NCBI GenBank assembly: GCA_003554785.1
Contig: PWHG01000057.1
Span: forward strand, 1-57,677
DNA from: Candidatus Falkowbacteria bacterium
Lineage (GTDB): Bacteria; Patescibacteriota; Patescibacteriia; Patescibacteriales; UBA12465
Direction: 5' to 3'
Length of the DNA stretch: 57,677 nucleotides
Part shown: positions 37,964-47,388 of the stretch, in pieces
Layout: every line of letters begins with the position of its first letter
How positions within the stretch are numbered: position 1 is the stretch's first letter
Notes under the pieces: generated by a model
Database searches by the model: none
What the model saw: the letters and a program-made list of their open reading frames with translations, nothing else
What the model was told of the DNA's origin: nothing
Translations under genes and position numbers: made by a program

Positions 37964-38177
37964 TGTTCCTCAAGGAACATTTATTGAGGGCCATTAGCTC
38001 AGTTGGCTAGAGTGCTTCCATGGCATGGAAGAGGTCAAGGGTTCGAGTCCCTTATGGTCCACAAGTTTTTTAAATTATGTTCCTTAAAGAACATTTATTA
38101 ATATAATATATCACTTAATAAAAAATTTATATTAACTTTAAAATTGAAAATAATTTAGATATGTTCCTCAAGGAACA
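37964..38177. repeat. Three 16-bp parS-like palindromes (37964-37979, 38078-38093, 38162-38177)
   Basis: TGTTCCTCAAGGAACA twice and TGTTCCTTAAAGAACA once; compare parS TGTTYCACGTGRAACA. Confidence 0.7.
37988..38061 (+). tRNA. tRNA-Ala(GGC)
   Basis: GGGCCAT/ATGGTCC acceptor with G3.U70, anticodon GGC. Confidence 0.95.
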
Positions 38178-38234
38178 TTAGCTATTATAAACTTAAGTCT
38201 AAATAAACGTGGACTTATATATTAAAATAAAAAT

Positions 38235-39149
38235 ATGTACGATTTAATAATCATTGGTGCAGGACCGGCTGGTCTCTCAGCCTCAATCTATGCAACTAGA
38301 CGAGAATTATCAACATTAATAGTTAGTCGAGAAATTGGTGGACAAATTATATGGGCAAATGAAATTGAAAATTATCCAGGTTTTAAAAATATAAGCAATT
38401 TTGATCTTATAATGCGCTTAAAAGAGCATGCTTTAGCTTTTGGAGCTCAATTAGCAGAAAAAGAAGTTGAAAAAGTAATCAAAAATTCTAATAATTCTTT
38501 TACAGTAGTAACAAATGATAATGAATATAAAGCCAAAACAATTATATTGTCACTAGGCTTAATTCCAAAACAGCTTAAAATATCCGGTGAAAATGACTTT
38601 AATGGTAAAGGAATCTCTTATTGTGCTAATTGTGATGGACCTTTTTATAGGAATAAAAGGGTGGCGGTTGTTGGCGGAGGAAACTCCGCTTTTGATGCAG
38701 CTGAAGTTATGTCTAAAATTGCTGAACAAGTTTATATTATTAATCGTTCAGAAAATTATAAAGCCTTTGAAGCACTTGTTAATAAAGTAAAAAAGATTGA
38801 AAATATTGAAATAATAAACAACGCAATCCCTAAGGAAGTAAATGGTAATAATAAAGTAGAAAAGCTAATATATACGGACAAAAATACTAATAAAGAGGGA
38901 GAATTAAGTCTTGATGGAATATTTATTGAAATTGGGCGAAAAGCTAACACAAAAATAGTTGATCATTTAATAGAAACTGATGATTTTGGGCAAATAATCG
39001 TAAATAAAGACAAAATGACAAAAACATCTGGTTTGTTTGCCGCTGGCGATGTAGTTAGTGGTAATTTTAAACAAATTCCAATCGCTAGTGGTCAAGGGAC
39101 TGAAGCTGCATTGGCTGCTTATCAGTTTATACAAGAAAATGAAAGCTAA
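38235..39149 (+). CDS. trxB: Thioredoxin reductase
   Basis: IIGAGPAG, GISYCANCDG, VGGGNSA, FAAGDV. Confidence 0.93.
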   Translation: MYDLIIIGAGPAGLSASIYATRRELSTLIVSREIGGQIIWANEIENYPGFKNISNFDLIMRLKEHALAFGAQLAEKEVEKVIKNSNNSFTVVTNDNEYKAKTIILSLGLIPKQLKISGENDFNGKGISYCANCDGPFYRNKRVAVVGGGNSAFDAAEVMSKIAEQVYIINRSENYKAFEALVNKVKKIENIEIINNAIPKEVNGNNKVEKLIYTDKNTNKEGELSLDGIFIEIGRKANTKIVDHLIETDDFGQIIVNKDKMTKTSGLFAAGDVVSGNFKQIPIASGQGTEAALAAYQFIQENES

Positions 39150-39173
39150 TTTTGGCTAATATTAAATAAATTT

Positions 39174-39881
39174 ATGATTTCTGTTATAATTCCTACTTTA
39201 AATGAAGAAAAAAAATTATCAAATATATTAAATGATCTCAAAAATCAAGATTTCCTAAATTATGAAGTGATTGTGTCAGATGGTAATTCTAAGGATAAAA
39301 CTCAATTTATAGCTAGACAAAATAATTGTAGATTAGTTGTTAGTGATATTAATAGCCCTGCCCATCAAAGAAATAAAGGAGTAGAAGAAGCAAAATACCT
39401 AAATTTATTATTTTTAGATGCAGATAGTCGAATTCCAAGAAATTTTTTAAAAAATGCTTACAATGAGTTTATAAAACGAGATTTAGGAGTTGCCAGCTTT
39501 TATTTACGTTTTAATTCAAAAAAGTTTATTTATAAAATATATAATTTTTTATATAATTCCTTTTGCTTTGTTTTTCAGTATTTTAAACCTCTGTCAGTTG
39601 GAGCAGCGATTATGGTAAAAAAAGAAAAACATAAAAAAATCAATGGTTTTGATGAAACAATTTATGTAGGGGAAGATCACGAATATGCTAGGCAAATTAA
39701 AAAAATTGCAAAATTTAGAATGTTAAAGTCCACTTTTTTTTATTTCTCCCCCAGACGTTGGGAAAAAGAAGGCCATATTAAATCACTTTTAAAAATATTT
39801 AAAATGTCACTGTATATGACCTTTTATGGACCAATTAGAAAAAAAATTGTTGATTATGAATTTGGAGATTTTAATAAATAA
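39174..39881 (+). CDS. Family 2 glycosyltransferase
   Basis: SVIIPTLNEE, SDGNSKD, FLDAD, GED, SPRRW. Confidence 0.9.
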   Translation: MISVIIPTLNEEKKLSNILNDLKNQDFLNYEVIVSDGNSKDKTQFIARQNNCRLVVSDINSPAHQRNKGVEEAKYLNLLFLDADSRIPRNFLKNAYNEFIKRDLGVASFYLRFNSKKFIYKIYNFLYNSFCFVFQYFKPLSVGAAIMVKKEKHKKINGFDETIYVGEDHEYARQIKKIAKFRMLKSTFFYFSPRRWEKEGHIKSLLKIFKMSLYMTFYGPIRKKIVDYEFGDFNK

Positions 39882-39911
39882 AAAAACAGTCTAAATTTAG
39901 ACTGTTTTTTT
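39880..39911. terminator. Bidirectional terminator
   Basis: A7-CAGTCTAAATTTAGACTG-T7. Confidence 0.8.
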
Positions 39912-39917
39912 ATGATG

Positions 39918-39990
39918 AGCGGGTAAGCGGAATCGAACCGCCATCTTCAGCTTGGAAGGCTGACATAATAAACCATTATACGATACCCGC
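39918..39990 (-). tRNA. tRNA-Gly(TCC)
   Basis: GCGGGTA acceptor, loop CT-TCC-AA, U73. Confidence 0.95.
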
Positions 39991-40008
39991 AGATAAAAAC
40001 ATTATATA

Positions 40009-40836
40009 TTAGTTATTTTTTCTAGTCAATTGTTTTTTAAAAATTGCTGTAAATAAAATTATTAATGCAAAAACAGCAGTTATTATAGAAAATATTTGTG
40101 GCCAGCGTAATATAAAAATTTCAGGCGTTGGATCAAGACGAATAAATTCAAGACTAAACCTTACTACTGAATATAAAAATAAATATATAGAAAAAATAAT
40201 TTTACCAAGATTATTAAGATTAATCTTATTCTTTAATTTAAAAATTAATATTAATAATATTATAAATGTAATTAAACTGCCTATACTTTCATATAAAAAA
40301 GTTGGGTGAAAATATTCATATTGAATAAATCCAGCTACTCGATTTTCAATACTTATGGGTATTGCCCATGGTAAGTTTGTAGGTAAGCCATATAATTCTT
40401 GATTAAACCAATTACCAAAACGACCAATAGCTTGACCAAGAGCAAGGCCAGGTGCAATAACTGCACTTAGTCGCCAAAAATTAAGATTTCTTCTTTTTGC
40501 AAAAAAATATAAATAAATTAAACCAAAAACTATAGCTCCATGAATTGCTAAACCACCCTCCCATATTTTAAAGATAGCTAATGGATTGGTAAAATAGTAA
40601 TTCCACTCTAAAAAGACTTCATATACTCTAGCACCAACAATTGCCCAAATAATTAACCAAAAAGCTAGATCATTTAAATCATCTTTTTTAAGTTGAAAAT
40701 ATTTTGATAGTTTTAAGATTAAAAAATAAGCAAGAGTAATTGCAATTGCAATTACTAGTCCATACCAATATAGAGTAATTGGTCCAATTTCCAGAAGTAT
40801 ATTTGATGGTTGCCAATTATGAAGAATGTGAAACAT
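40009..40836 (-). CDS. lgt: Prolipoprotein diacylglyceryl transferase
   Basis: WYG, IWEGGLAIHG, GQAIGRFGNWFNQELYG, HPTFLYES, RFSLEFIR. Confidence 0.96.
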   Translation of the reverse strand: MFHILHNWQPSNILLEIGPITLYWYGLVIAIAITLAYFLILKLSKYFQLKKDDLNDLAFWLIIWAIVGARVYEVFLEWNYYFTNPLAIFKIWEGGLAIHGAIVFGLIYLYFFAKRRNLNFWRLSAVIAPGLALGQAIGRFGNWFNQELYGLPTNLPWAIPISIENRVAGFIQYEYFHPTFLYESIGSLITFIILLILIFKLKNKINLNNLGKIIFSIYLFLYSVVRFSLEFIRLDPTPEIFILRWPQIFSIITAVFALIILFTAIFKKQLTRKNN

Positions 40837-40843
40837 AAATTTG

Positions 40844-40927
40844 TGCGAACGGAGAGACTCGAACTCTCACGGGTTTTACCCCACTTGGTCCTAAGCCAAG
40901 CGCGTCTACCAATTCCGCCACGTTCGC
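40844..40927 (-). tRNA. tRNA-Leu(TAG)
   Basis: GCGAACG acceptor, loop CT-TAG-GA, long variable arm. Confidence 0.95.
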
Positions 40928-41021
40928 ATTTACATTATTAGTTATAGCGTAAAATTAAATTTTAGTAAAGTCTAAAATTATGTTATAATATATAAAAATA
41001 AATATAATGTAATAAAAAAGT

Positions 41022-43436
41022 ATGAAAAAAAATAAAAAAAGAAATTTTATTAAATTTTTTAATCAGTTAAATAATAATAATGTAGCTTTAGTAGGAGGTA
41101 AAAACGCCTCTTTGGGGGAGATGTATCAAAAATTAACCAAGGAAGGAGTTTTAGTTCCAAATGGTTTTGCCACAACCTCAGAAGCCTTTAATTATTTCCT
41201 AGAAGAAGCCGGTCTTAAAGATAAAATTAAAAAAATATTATCAGATTTAAATATAAAAGATGTAAAAAATTTAATGTCTAAAGGTAAAAAAGTAAGAGAT
41301 CTTATATTAAAGGCTGATTTACCTAAAGACTTTGAGGAAGAAATTATTAAAGCTTATAGTAAACTATCTAAGGAAAATAAGGTTAAAAATGTTGATGTCG
41401 CAGTTAGATCAAGTGCTACCGCAGAAGACTTGCCAGACGCCTCTTTTGCTGGACAACAAGAAACCTTTTTAAATATTAAAGGAGAAAAGGAGCTATTATT
41501 AGCAGTAAAAAAATGTATTGCTTCTCTATATACCAATAGAGCGATCTCCTATCGTACTCACAGAGGTTTTGATCATTTTGCTGTCTCTCTTTCTGTGGGA
41601 ATACAAAAAATGGTGAGAGCTGATTTAGGCTCATCAGGAGTAATGTTTACGATTGATACTGAGTCAGGTTTTGATAAAGTTGTGATGATTAATTCAATTT
41701 ATGGTCTAGGAGAAAATATTGTTCAAGGTAGAGTAAATCCAGATGATTTTTATGTTTTTAAACCCACAATGTCTATTATCTCCAAAAATATTGGTTTAAA
41801 AAGTGAAAAGATGATTTATAATAAAGGTAAAAAAAGCGTTAAAAACATACCAGTTACTCATAAAGACAAAATTAAAGCTTCAATTAGTGATGAACAAGTA
41901 AAAACTTTAGCTAAGTGGGGGGTAATTATAGAGAAGCACTACAAACGTCCTATGGACATAGAATGGGCCCTAGATGGTAGAAATAATAAATTATATATAA
42001 CTCAAGCTAGACCAGAAACAGTCCAAAGTCAGGCAGATACTAATTATTTAGAAAGATATCATTTACCTAAAAAAAGTAAAGTTTTAGTTTCTGGTCAAAG
42101 TGTTGGCAGTAGAATTGGAAAAGGCGAAGTTAATCGAATAATGAGTGTAAAAGATATTCATGATTTTAAAGCCGGACAAGTTTTAGTAACCGACATGACT
42201 GATCCTGATTGGGAACCAATTATGAAAATTGCTTCTGCGATTGTAACTGATAAAGGAGGTAGAACTTGTCATGCTGCTATTGTTTCTCGGGAATTAGGTA
42301 TTCCATGTATCGTAGGAACAAATAATGCCACCAGAATTTTAAAAGGTAAACAAAAAGTAACAGTTAGTTGTGCTCAAGGAGAAGAAGGATATGTATATAA
42401 AGGTGAATTAGATTTTAAAGTTAAAAAAGATAATATTAAAAAATTACCTAAACCAAAAACAAAGATAATGATGAATGTGGGTGATCCAGATATTGCTTTT
42501 GCTAATGCAAAATTACCTAATGATGGTATAGGTCTAGCTCGTTTAGAATTTATAATTAACAACTACATTAAAATTCATCCATTAGCTTTAATTAATTATA
42601 AAAGATTAAAAAATAAAGTAGCTAAAAATAAAATAACTAAATTAACTGCTGGTTATAGCGATAAATCACAATATTTTGTTGATCGTTTAGCTTATGGAAT
42701 CGCGATGATTGCATCATCGGTATATCCTAAAGAAGCAATAGTCAGGTTGTCAGACTTTAAAACTAATGAATATGCTAATTTAATAGGAGGAACTGCTTTT
42801 GAACCAGAAGAAGCTAATCCAATGATTGGATGGCGAGGTGCAAGTCGGTATTATTCGCAAGAATTTATAAAAGCTTTTAGGTTAGAGTGTAAAGCGCTTA
42901 AAAAAGTTAGAGATGAAATGGGATTAAAAAATGTAAAAATAATGGTACCTTTTTGTCGAACTGTCGAGGAGGGAAAAATGGTCTTGAAAATTATGAATGA
43001 AGAAGGCTTAAAAAGAAAGAAAAACGGTTTAGAAATTTATGTTATGGCTGAATTACCGGTAAATATAATACTGGCAGAAGAATTTGCTCAAATATTTGAT
43101 GGGTTCTCAATTGGGTCAAATGATTTAACCCAATTAACTTTAGGAATAGATAGAGATACGGGACCAAATTTAAGTATAGTCGGTAAATCTAATGAAAAAA
43201 ATCAAGCGGTTAAAGAGTTGATAAGTCAATTAATCAAAAAAGCTAAGAAAAAGAAGAAGAAAGTAGGAATATGCGGACAAGCGCCAAGCGACTTTCCAGA
43301 CTTTGCAGAATTTTTAGTTAAAAACAATATTGACAGTATTTCCCTAATACCTGATTCAGTTTTAAAAACAATATTGACGGTTGATAAACAAGAAAAGAAA
43401 AATAAAAGTAAAAGTTTTCTGTCTCTATTTTTCTAA
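41022..43436 (+). CDS. ppsA: Phosphoenolpyruvate synthase
   Basis: VGGKNASLGEM, VRSSATAEDLP, GGRTCHAAI, GFSIGSNDLTQL, GICGQAPS. Confidence 0.97.
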   Translation: MKKNKKRNFIKFFNQLNNNNVALVGGKNASLGEMYQKLTKEGVLVPNGFATTSEAFNYFLEEAGLKDKIKKILSDLNIKDVKNLMSKGKKVRDLILKADLPKDFEEEIIKAYSKLSKENKVKNVDVAVRSSATAEDLPDASFAGQQETFLNIKGEKELLLAVKKCIASLYTNRAISYRTHRGFDHFAVSLSVGIQKMVRADLGSSGVMFTIDTESGFDKVVMINSIYGLGENIVQGRVNPDDFYVFKPTMSIISKNIGLKSEKMIYNKGKKSVKNIPVTHKDKIKASISDEQVKTLAKWGVIIEKHYKRPMDIEWALDGRNNKLYITQARPETVQSQADTNYLERYHLPKKSKVLVSGQSVGSRIGKGEVNRIMSVKDIHDFKAGQVLVTDMTDPDWEPIMKIASAIVTDKGGRTCHAAIVSRELGIPCIVGTNNATRILKGKQKVTVSCAQGEEGYVYKGELDFKVKKDNIKKLPKPKTKIMMNVGDPDIAFANAKLPNDGIGLARLEFIINNYIKIHPLALINYKRLKNKVAKNKITKLTAGYSDKSQYFVDRLAYGIAMIASSVYPKEAIVRLSDFKTNEYANLIGGTAFEPEEANPMIGWRGASRYYSQEFIKAFRLECKALKKVRDEMGLKNVKIMVPFCRTVEEGKMVLKIMNEEGLKRKKNGLEIYVMAELPVNIILAEEFAQIFDGFSIGSNDLTQLTLGIDRDTGPNLSIVGKSNEKNQAVKELISQLIKKAKKKKKKVGICGQAPSDFPDFAEFLVKNNIDSISLIPDSVLKTILTVDKQEKKNKSKSFLSLFF

Positions 43437-43453
43437 ATATAATTTAAGATAAC

Positions 43454-43483
43454 AAAAAATCCTGAGAAATATCAGGATTTTTT
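43454..43483. terminator. Bidirectional terminator
   Basis: A6-TCCTGA..TCAGGA-T6. Confidence 0.8.
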
Positions 43484-43502
43484 ATTTTTAAAACTAAATA
43501 TA

Positions 43503-44126
43503 TTAGTTTATGTGTTGTACGATTTCAATTCTTGCTCGCCTTACACCAAACTCAATTGCATCTTGTTTTTCTAACATCCAAATATCAACTCTACTAGGAT
43601 ATCTTTTATTCATGCGGTCACGAACAATAAAAATTCTATCACCAAAAAGCTCAGGTATCTTTACTTTAGTGCCAAATTTCAAAAAGTTGGCTGCAATTGT
43701 GTCTTCAACTCCATGATTGCAAACATTAAAGCCATTAGCAGTAATACAGGGCTGATCATTGGTTTGCTCAGGTAGTGAATTATAAGCAGTAAGCGTATGA
43801 ACACTAGAGCTAATAATAATTTCTTCCTCAATTTTTTCATCAACAATTACCTCTTTCTCTTCAACAACCTCTTCTTTAGCTATAGCATAATGAGTATTTT
43901 CAAGATGATGGCTGTTTATATAGTTTAAAACAGATATATCAACCTGTTTGCTTTTAGATATACCAGCTAATTTAATATTATTTACTTCACTGGCAACAGC
44001 TTCATTAGCTAATTGAGGTGAAAAAAATAATAAAAATTGAAAAACACAAGCAATTACTAAAAATATAATCGATTGAGGTTTCCTTCCAAAAGGAATTACT
44101 TCTTCTAACATTTTTTCTATTTTCAT
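43503..44126 (-). CDS. Membrane-anchored 3D-domain (MltA/Sps-like) cell-wall protein
   Basis: TAYNS, ITANG, IAAN..FGTKVKI, VRDR, RVDIWM. Confidence 0.8.
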   Translation of the reverse strand: MKIEKMLEEVIPFGRKPQSIIFLVIACVFQFLLFFSPQLANEAVASEVNNIKLAGISKSKQVDISVLNYINSHHLENTHYAIAKEEVVEEKEVIVDEKIEEEIIISSSVHTLTAYNSLPEQTNDQPCITANGFNVCNHGVEDTIAANFLKFGTKVKIPELFGDRIFIVRDRMNKRYPSRVDIWMLEKQDAIEFGVRRARIEIVQHIN

Positions 44127-44135
44127 ATTTTAAAT

Positions 44136-44208
44136 AAAAAATCCCGCTATATTAACAAGCGGGGGATTTATAACCTCAATTTATAGCATTAAGTTTTAAA
44201 TATGTCAA
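44136..44208 (-). promoter_or_regulatory. Promoter plus terminator-like leader hairpin of the 3D-domain gene
   Basis: TTGACA-17-TATAAA, then AATCCCCCGC..GCGGGATTTTTT 9 nt before the ATG. Confidence 0.6.
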
Positions 44209-44323
44209 CAATAATCTGTGGAAAACATTATTGACATAAATAAAAAAAGATGATACTATAATATGATGTCAAAATCGTACATTTAAAATTAAAAAAAATA
44301 TTAACCAAAAAGGAGGACATATC

Positions 44324-45211
44324 ATGAAAAAGTCAGTAATTTTTTTAATCATTGCAATTGTGTTTATTACCACCTCATCTTGCCAAAGTTACAGGCGAGG
44401 CGTCCAGTTTCACTCCGGTGATAAAAATACCTCTGTTATTGATGACCAGATGTCTCTGACAGAGGAAAAGAAAACTGAGTATCAAATAGAACTCAGGAGG
44501 TTAAAAAGAGAAAGAGGCAACTTGATTAACTCAAGCAAAGACGAAAATCTCTCTGAAATAAAACGGCTGGAAAATGCAAAAAAAAGGCTGGAGCATCAAT
44601 TAAAAGATCTCCAAAACAACCCGCAAAAATTTGAGGGAGATCGCCTTTTGAGTGAAATTGAGGACTTAGAGTCTAAAATTTCACAAAAAGAAGAAAGACT
44701 TCAAAGCCTTTATGAATCAAGCAATTACCCGAGTGAGGCTAAGGTGCTTGACGAAAGGATTTCTGAAGTTGAAGATCTCTTGTTTGACCTTCAACTTGCT
44801 GAGGATAAAATGATTGTTCGTATGAACAGTCAAGACGAGCTTGACTATTTCCAGGGAGATATACGCAACGGTCAAGAGGCCGCCAATGCGTATATGCTCA
44901 TGAAATGGGTGTCTAGCGATGGTAATAAAATTAATGATTCTTCTCAAAGTAATTTTGAAGGGATAATTATTAATGAATACCATCAATCAGTAACCGCAGT
45001 AATAAAGCATAGTAATGGTTACAAAATACTTCTTAGACTAGAGCCTAAGTCTGAAGAGGTAATAAAATTACCTTTTCCAGGTGAGTACATATCATATTTT
45101 GAGGGTAACTTTGGCCGATCAAATTATGTCAGTCATAATGTTACTCCAACCGGAAAAGTATTAGCTAATGACAGAGAGTATGACTTTCTGTTAATTAAGC
45201 ATCGATACTAG
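44324..45211 (+). CDS. Hypothetical coiled-coil lipoprotein
   Basis: Lipobox-like TSSC, AGGAGG SD at 44311, promoter TTGACA-17-TACTAT (44231-44259). Confidence 0.7.
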   Translation: MKKSVIFLIIAIVFITTSSCQSYRRGVQFHSGDKNTSVIDDQMSLTEEKKTEYQIELRRLKRERGNLINSSKDENLSEIKRLENAKKRLEHQLKDLQNNPQKFEGDRLLSEIEDLESKISQKEERLQSLYESSNYPSEAKVLDERISEVEDLLFDLQLAEDKMIVRMNSQDELDYFQGDIRNGQEAANAYMLMKWVSSDGNKINDSSQSNFEGIIINEYHQSVTAVIKHSNGYKILLRLEPKSEEVIKLPFPGEYISYFEGNFGRSNYVSHNVTPTGKVLANDREYDFLLIKHRY

Positions 45212-45225
45212 ACGAGCAAAAAAAC

Positions 45226-45256
45226 AAAAGCGCTAAAAATATTTAGCGCTTTTTTT
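45226..45256. terminator. Bidirectional terminator ending the pilin array
   Basis: AAAAGCGCTAAA..TTTAGCGCTTTTTTT. Confidence 0.8.
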
Positions 45257-45277
45257 AAAATCTTTATATATTTTAAA

Positions 45278-45700
45278 TTATGGTCCTCCACTTGCTCCTC
45301 CTCCACTACCCATGCCAAATCCAGCAAACATCTCAAGTTGGTTGAATACAAACCAGGTAATCGCATAGGCAGCTAAGACTATAATTAACCCAATAACAGC
45401 ATCTTTTAGAGACTTTGAGGCTTTAGTAACTGTTTCTTGGTTTCCTCCAGCAGTCATCCATTTAAAGCCAGCTATAATAACTAAAATAAGGAAAATAGTT
45501 GCCAGGAATGATAAAACTAATTGAATTATAAAGCCAATAGTTACTCCAATTGGCACATTGCTAACCCCGGCTCCCTCTCTAACGTTTCCGACATGGCTAT
45601 CCATTATTTCCCCTAAACTACCATTACTTTCTGCCTTAAGAAATATTGTTGGAAAAAACAATATGTTTATAAAATAAAATAATTTAGCTAAAATTTTCAT
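45278..45700 (-). CDS. VirB2/TrbC-like pilin, array member 7
   Basis: GFKWMTAGGNQETVTKA..L.DAVIGL. Confidence 0.8.
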   Translation of the reverse strand: MKILAKLFYFINILFFPTIFLKAESNGSLGEIMDSHVGNVREGAGVSNVPIGVTIGFIIQLVLSFLATIFLILVIIAGFKWMTAGGNQETVTKASKSLKDAVIGLIIVLAAYAITWFVFNQLEMFAGFGMGSGGGASGGP

Positions 45701-45704
45701 ATAT

Positions 45705-46115
45705 TTAAATATTACTTAACCAAAGATTAACAATTATACCCCATATACCCCAAGAGCTAACTACTATGATAAGGCCTATAATTGCTTGGGTTAAAATGGA
45801 TTTTGCTTTAGCAACTTCTTCTTCGTTTCCTTGAGCAGTCATCCAGCGAATACCGGAATAAATAGATAAAGCAAGAAAGATAACTGATAAAAGACCTAAA
45901 ACGCCATTAATTAATAAAGCAACAGTATCCATAACTGTGTTAGTGTCAGTATCAGCACTATATGGACCATCATCACCAGAAGCAATATTTTCTAGAAAAG
46001 ACATAGGTCCTTGATTATCTGTTACTTCTTGCTGTCCAAAAACAAAAAACGGGAGGGTTAAAAAAATAATAATAATCAATAAGGCAAAAAAGTTGAGAGT
46101 GATTATGTTTTTCAT
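45705..46115 (-). CDS. VirB2/TrbC-like pilin, array member 6
   Basis: GIRWMTAQGNEEEVAKAK..L.QAIIGL. Confidence 0.8.
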   Translation of the reverse strand: MKNIITLNFFALLIIIIFLTLPFFVFGQQEVTDNQGPMSFLENIASGDDGPYSADTDTNTVMDTVALLINGVLGLLSVIFLALSIYSGIRWMTAQGNEEEVAKAKSILTQAIIGLIIVVSSWGIWGIIVNLWLSNI

Positions 46116-46121
46116 AGTATG

Positions 46122-46568
46122 TTAAAATTGATTAATTATTTGTAAAATTAAAGCCCAAAAACCCCAAGAGACAGCGACAATAAAAATTCCAATAATACTT
46201 TGTTTTAAAGCTGACTTGGCTTTAGTAACTTGTTCTTCATTACCAGCAGCGGTCATCCAGCGAATACCGGAGATAATAGTTAAAATTACAAAAACAACTC
46301 CTAGTATTGAAAGTAGCGCGTTTATTAAAGTACTAACAATACCAGATAAAAGATCATCTTCTTCGACAGGATCAGTTTTAAAGCCACTTTCCTCAGCTAT
46401 TTCTTCAACGGTTGAGCCTTCCCCAAAAGAATCTTGTAAACTTCTTGTTTCATTTGTTTGATTTAGATCATCTTGATCTTCATTGTCTTGAGAAAAAGCA
46501 AGGATGGGAAAAAATAAAAAAAGACAAGAAAGTAGTGTTAAAATTATTTTTTTATTATTTTTAAACAT
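46122..46568 (-). CDS. VirB2/TrbC-like pilin, array member 5
   Basis: GIRWMTAAGNEEQVTKAK..L.QSIIGI. Confidence 0.8.
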   Translation of the reverse strand: MFKNNKKIILTLLSCLFLFFPILAFSQDNEDQDDLNQTNETRSLQDSFGEGSTVEEIAEESGFKTDPVEEDDLLSGIVSTLINALLSILGVVFVILTIISGIRWMTAAGNEEQVTKAKSALKQSIIGIFIVAVSWGFWALILQIINQF

Positions 46569-46572
46569 AAAG

Positions 46573-46971
46573 TTATTCGATTTGACTGACGGGATCTTGC
46601 CAGGTTATATCAAGGATAAATTCAAGAATTAAATAAGTAATAGCATAAGCTGCAACTACAATAATTAAGCCAATTAAAGAATCAATAATTATTTTTTTAG
46701 CTTTATTTACTTTCTCATCATTTCCCTGAGCTAACATCCAATTTATACCACCATATATGATAAGAATCATAAAAATAACTCCAACTAAACTAAGAACTAA
46801 GGTAATATTTCTAGATAAAGTTTCTTCTATTGTATTTTCCTGAGATTCTAAATCGTAACCAGCAGGTCCAGCGGTGTCACTTAAACCGCTATCATCTATA
46901 AAATCATAAGCAAAAACAGAAGTAGTAAATGAAAAAATAATTATAAAAAGGGAGACAATAAGATATCGCAT
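46573..46971 (-). CDS. VirB2/TrbC-like pilin, array member 4
   Basis: GINWMLAQGNDEKVNKAK..I.DSLIGL. Confidence 0.8.
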   Translation of the reverse strand: MRYLIVSLFIIIFSFTTSVFAYDFIDDSGLSDTAGPAGYDLESQENTIEETLSRNITLVLSLVGVIFMILIIYGGINWMLAQGNDEKVNKAKKIIIDSLIGLIIVVAAYAITYLILEFILDITWQDPVSQIE

Positions 46972-46979
46972 AAATTATT

Positions 46980-47378
46980 TTAATTAATCAGTTGCTCGCC
47001 AATAAAAGAGGTTATAACATAAGCCCCTAAAACAACAATTAAACCTAAAGTTGCATTAATCATTAAACTTCTAGCTTTTTTAACTTGTTCTTGATTACCT
47101 CCGGCTGTCATCCAAGTTAAGCCAGCATAGATCATTAATATTAAAAATAACACACCTACAAAAGATAAGATAAAGCCAACAATTTGGCCAGTTCTGGTTT
47201 GTAAAAAATTATCTTCTTGTTCATCAACTTGATCTTCAAAAGGATCAATGTGTCCAGCGGTTGTATTTAAACCATAACCAGAATCAGCAGGATTTTCACT
47301 TAAAGCCATATTTCCATTAAATAAAAATAAAGAGAAGATAAAAATAGGAAATATTAATTTTAAAAATTTGAAATTCAT
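46980..47378 (-). CDS. VirB2/TrbC-like pilin, array member 3
   Basis: GLTWMTAGGNQEQVKKAR..M.NATLGL. Confidence 0.8.
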   Translation of the reverse strand: MNFKFLKLIFPIFIFSLFLFNGNMALSENPADSGYGLNTTAGHIDPFEDQVDEQEDNFLQTRTGQIVGFILSFVGVLFLILMIYAGLTWMTAGGNQEQVKKARSLMINATLGLIVVLGAYVITSFIGEQLIN

Positions 47379-47388
47379 AAATATAAAA

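Noticed and set aside
37961-38180. Palindromes as CRISPR repeats or LexA boxes
   Set aside because: Irregular spacing with a tRNA between copies; the N6 spacer differs from the TGTTC-N4-GAACA LexA box and no repair gene is adjacent. parS is the better fit.
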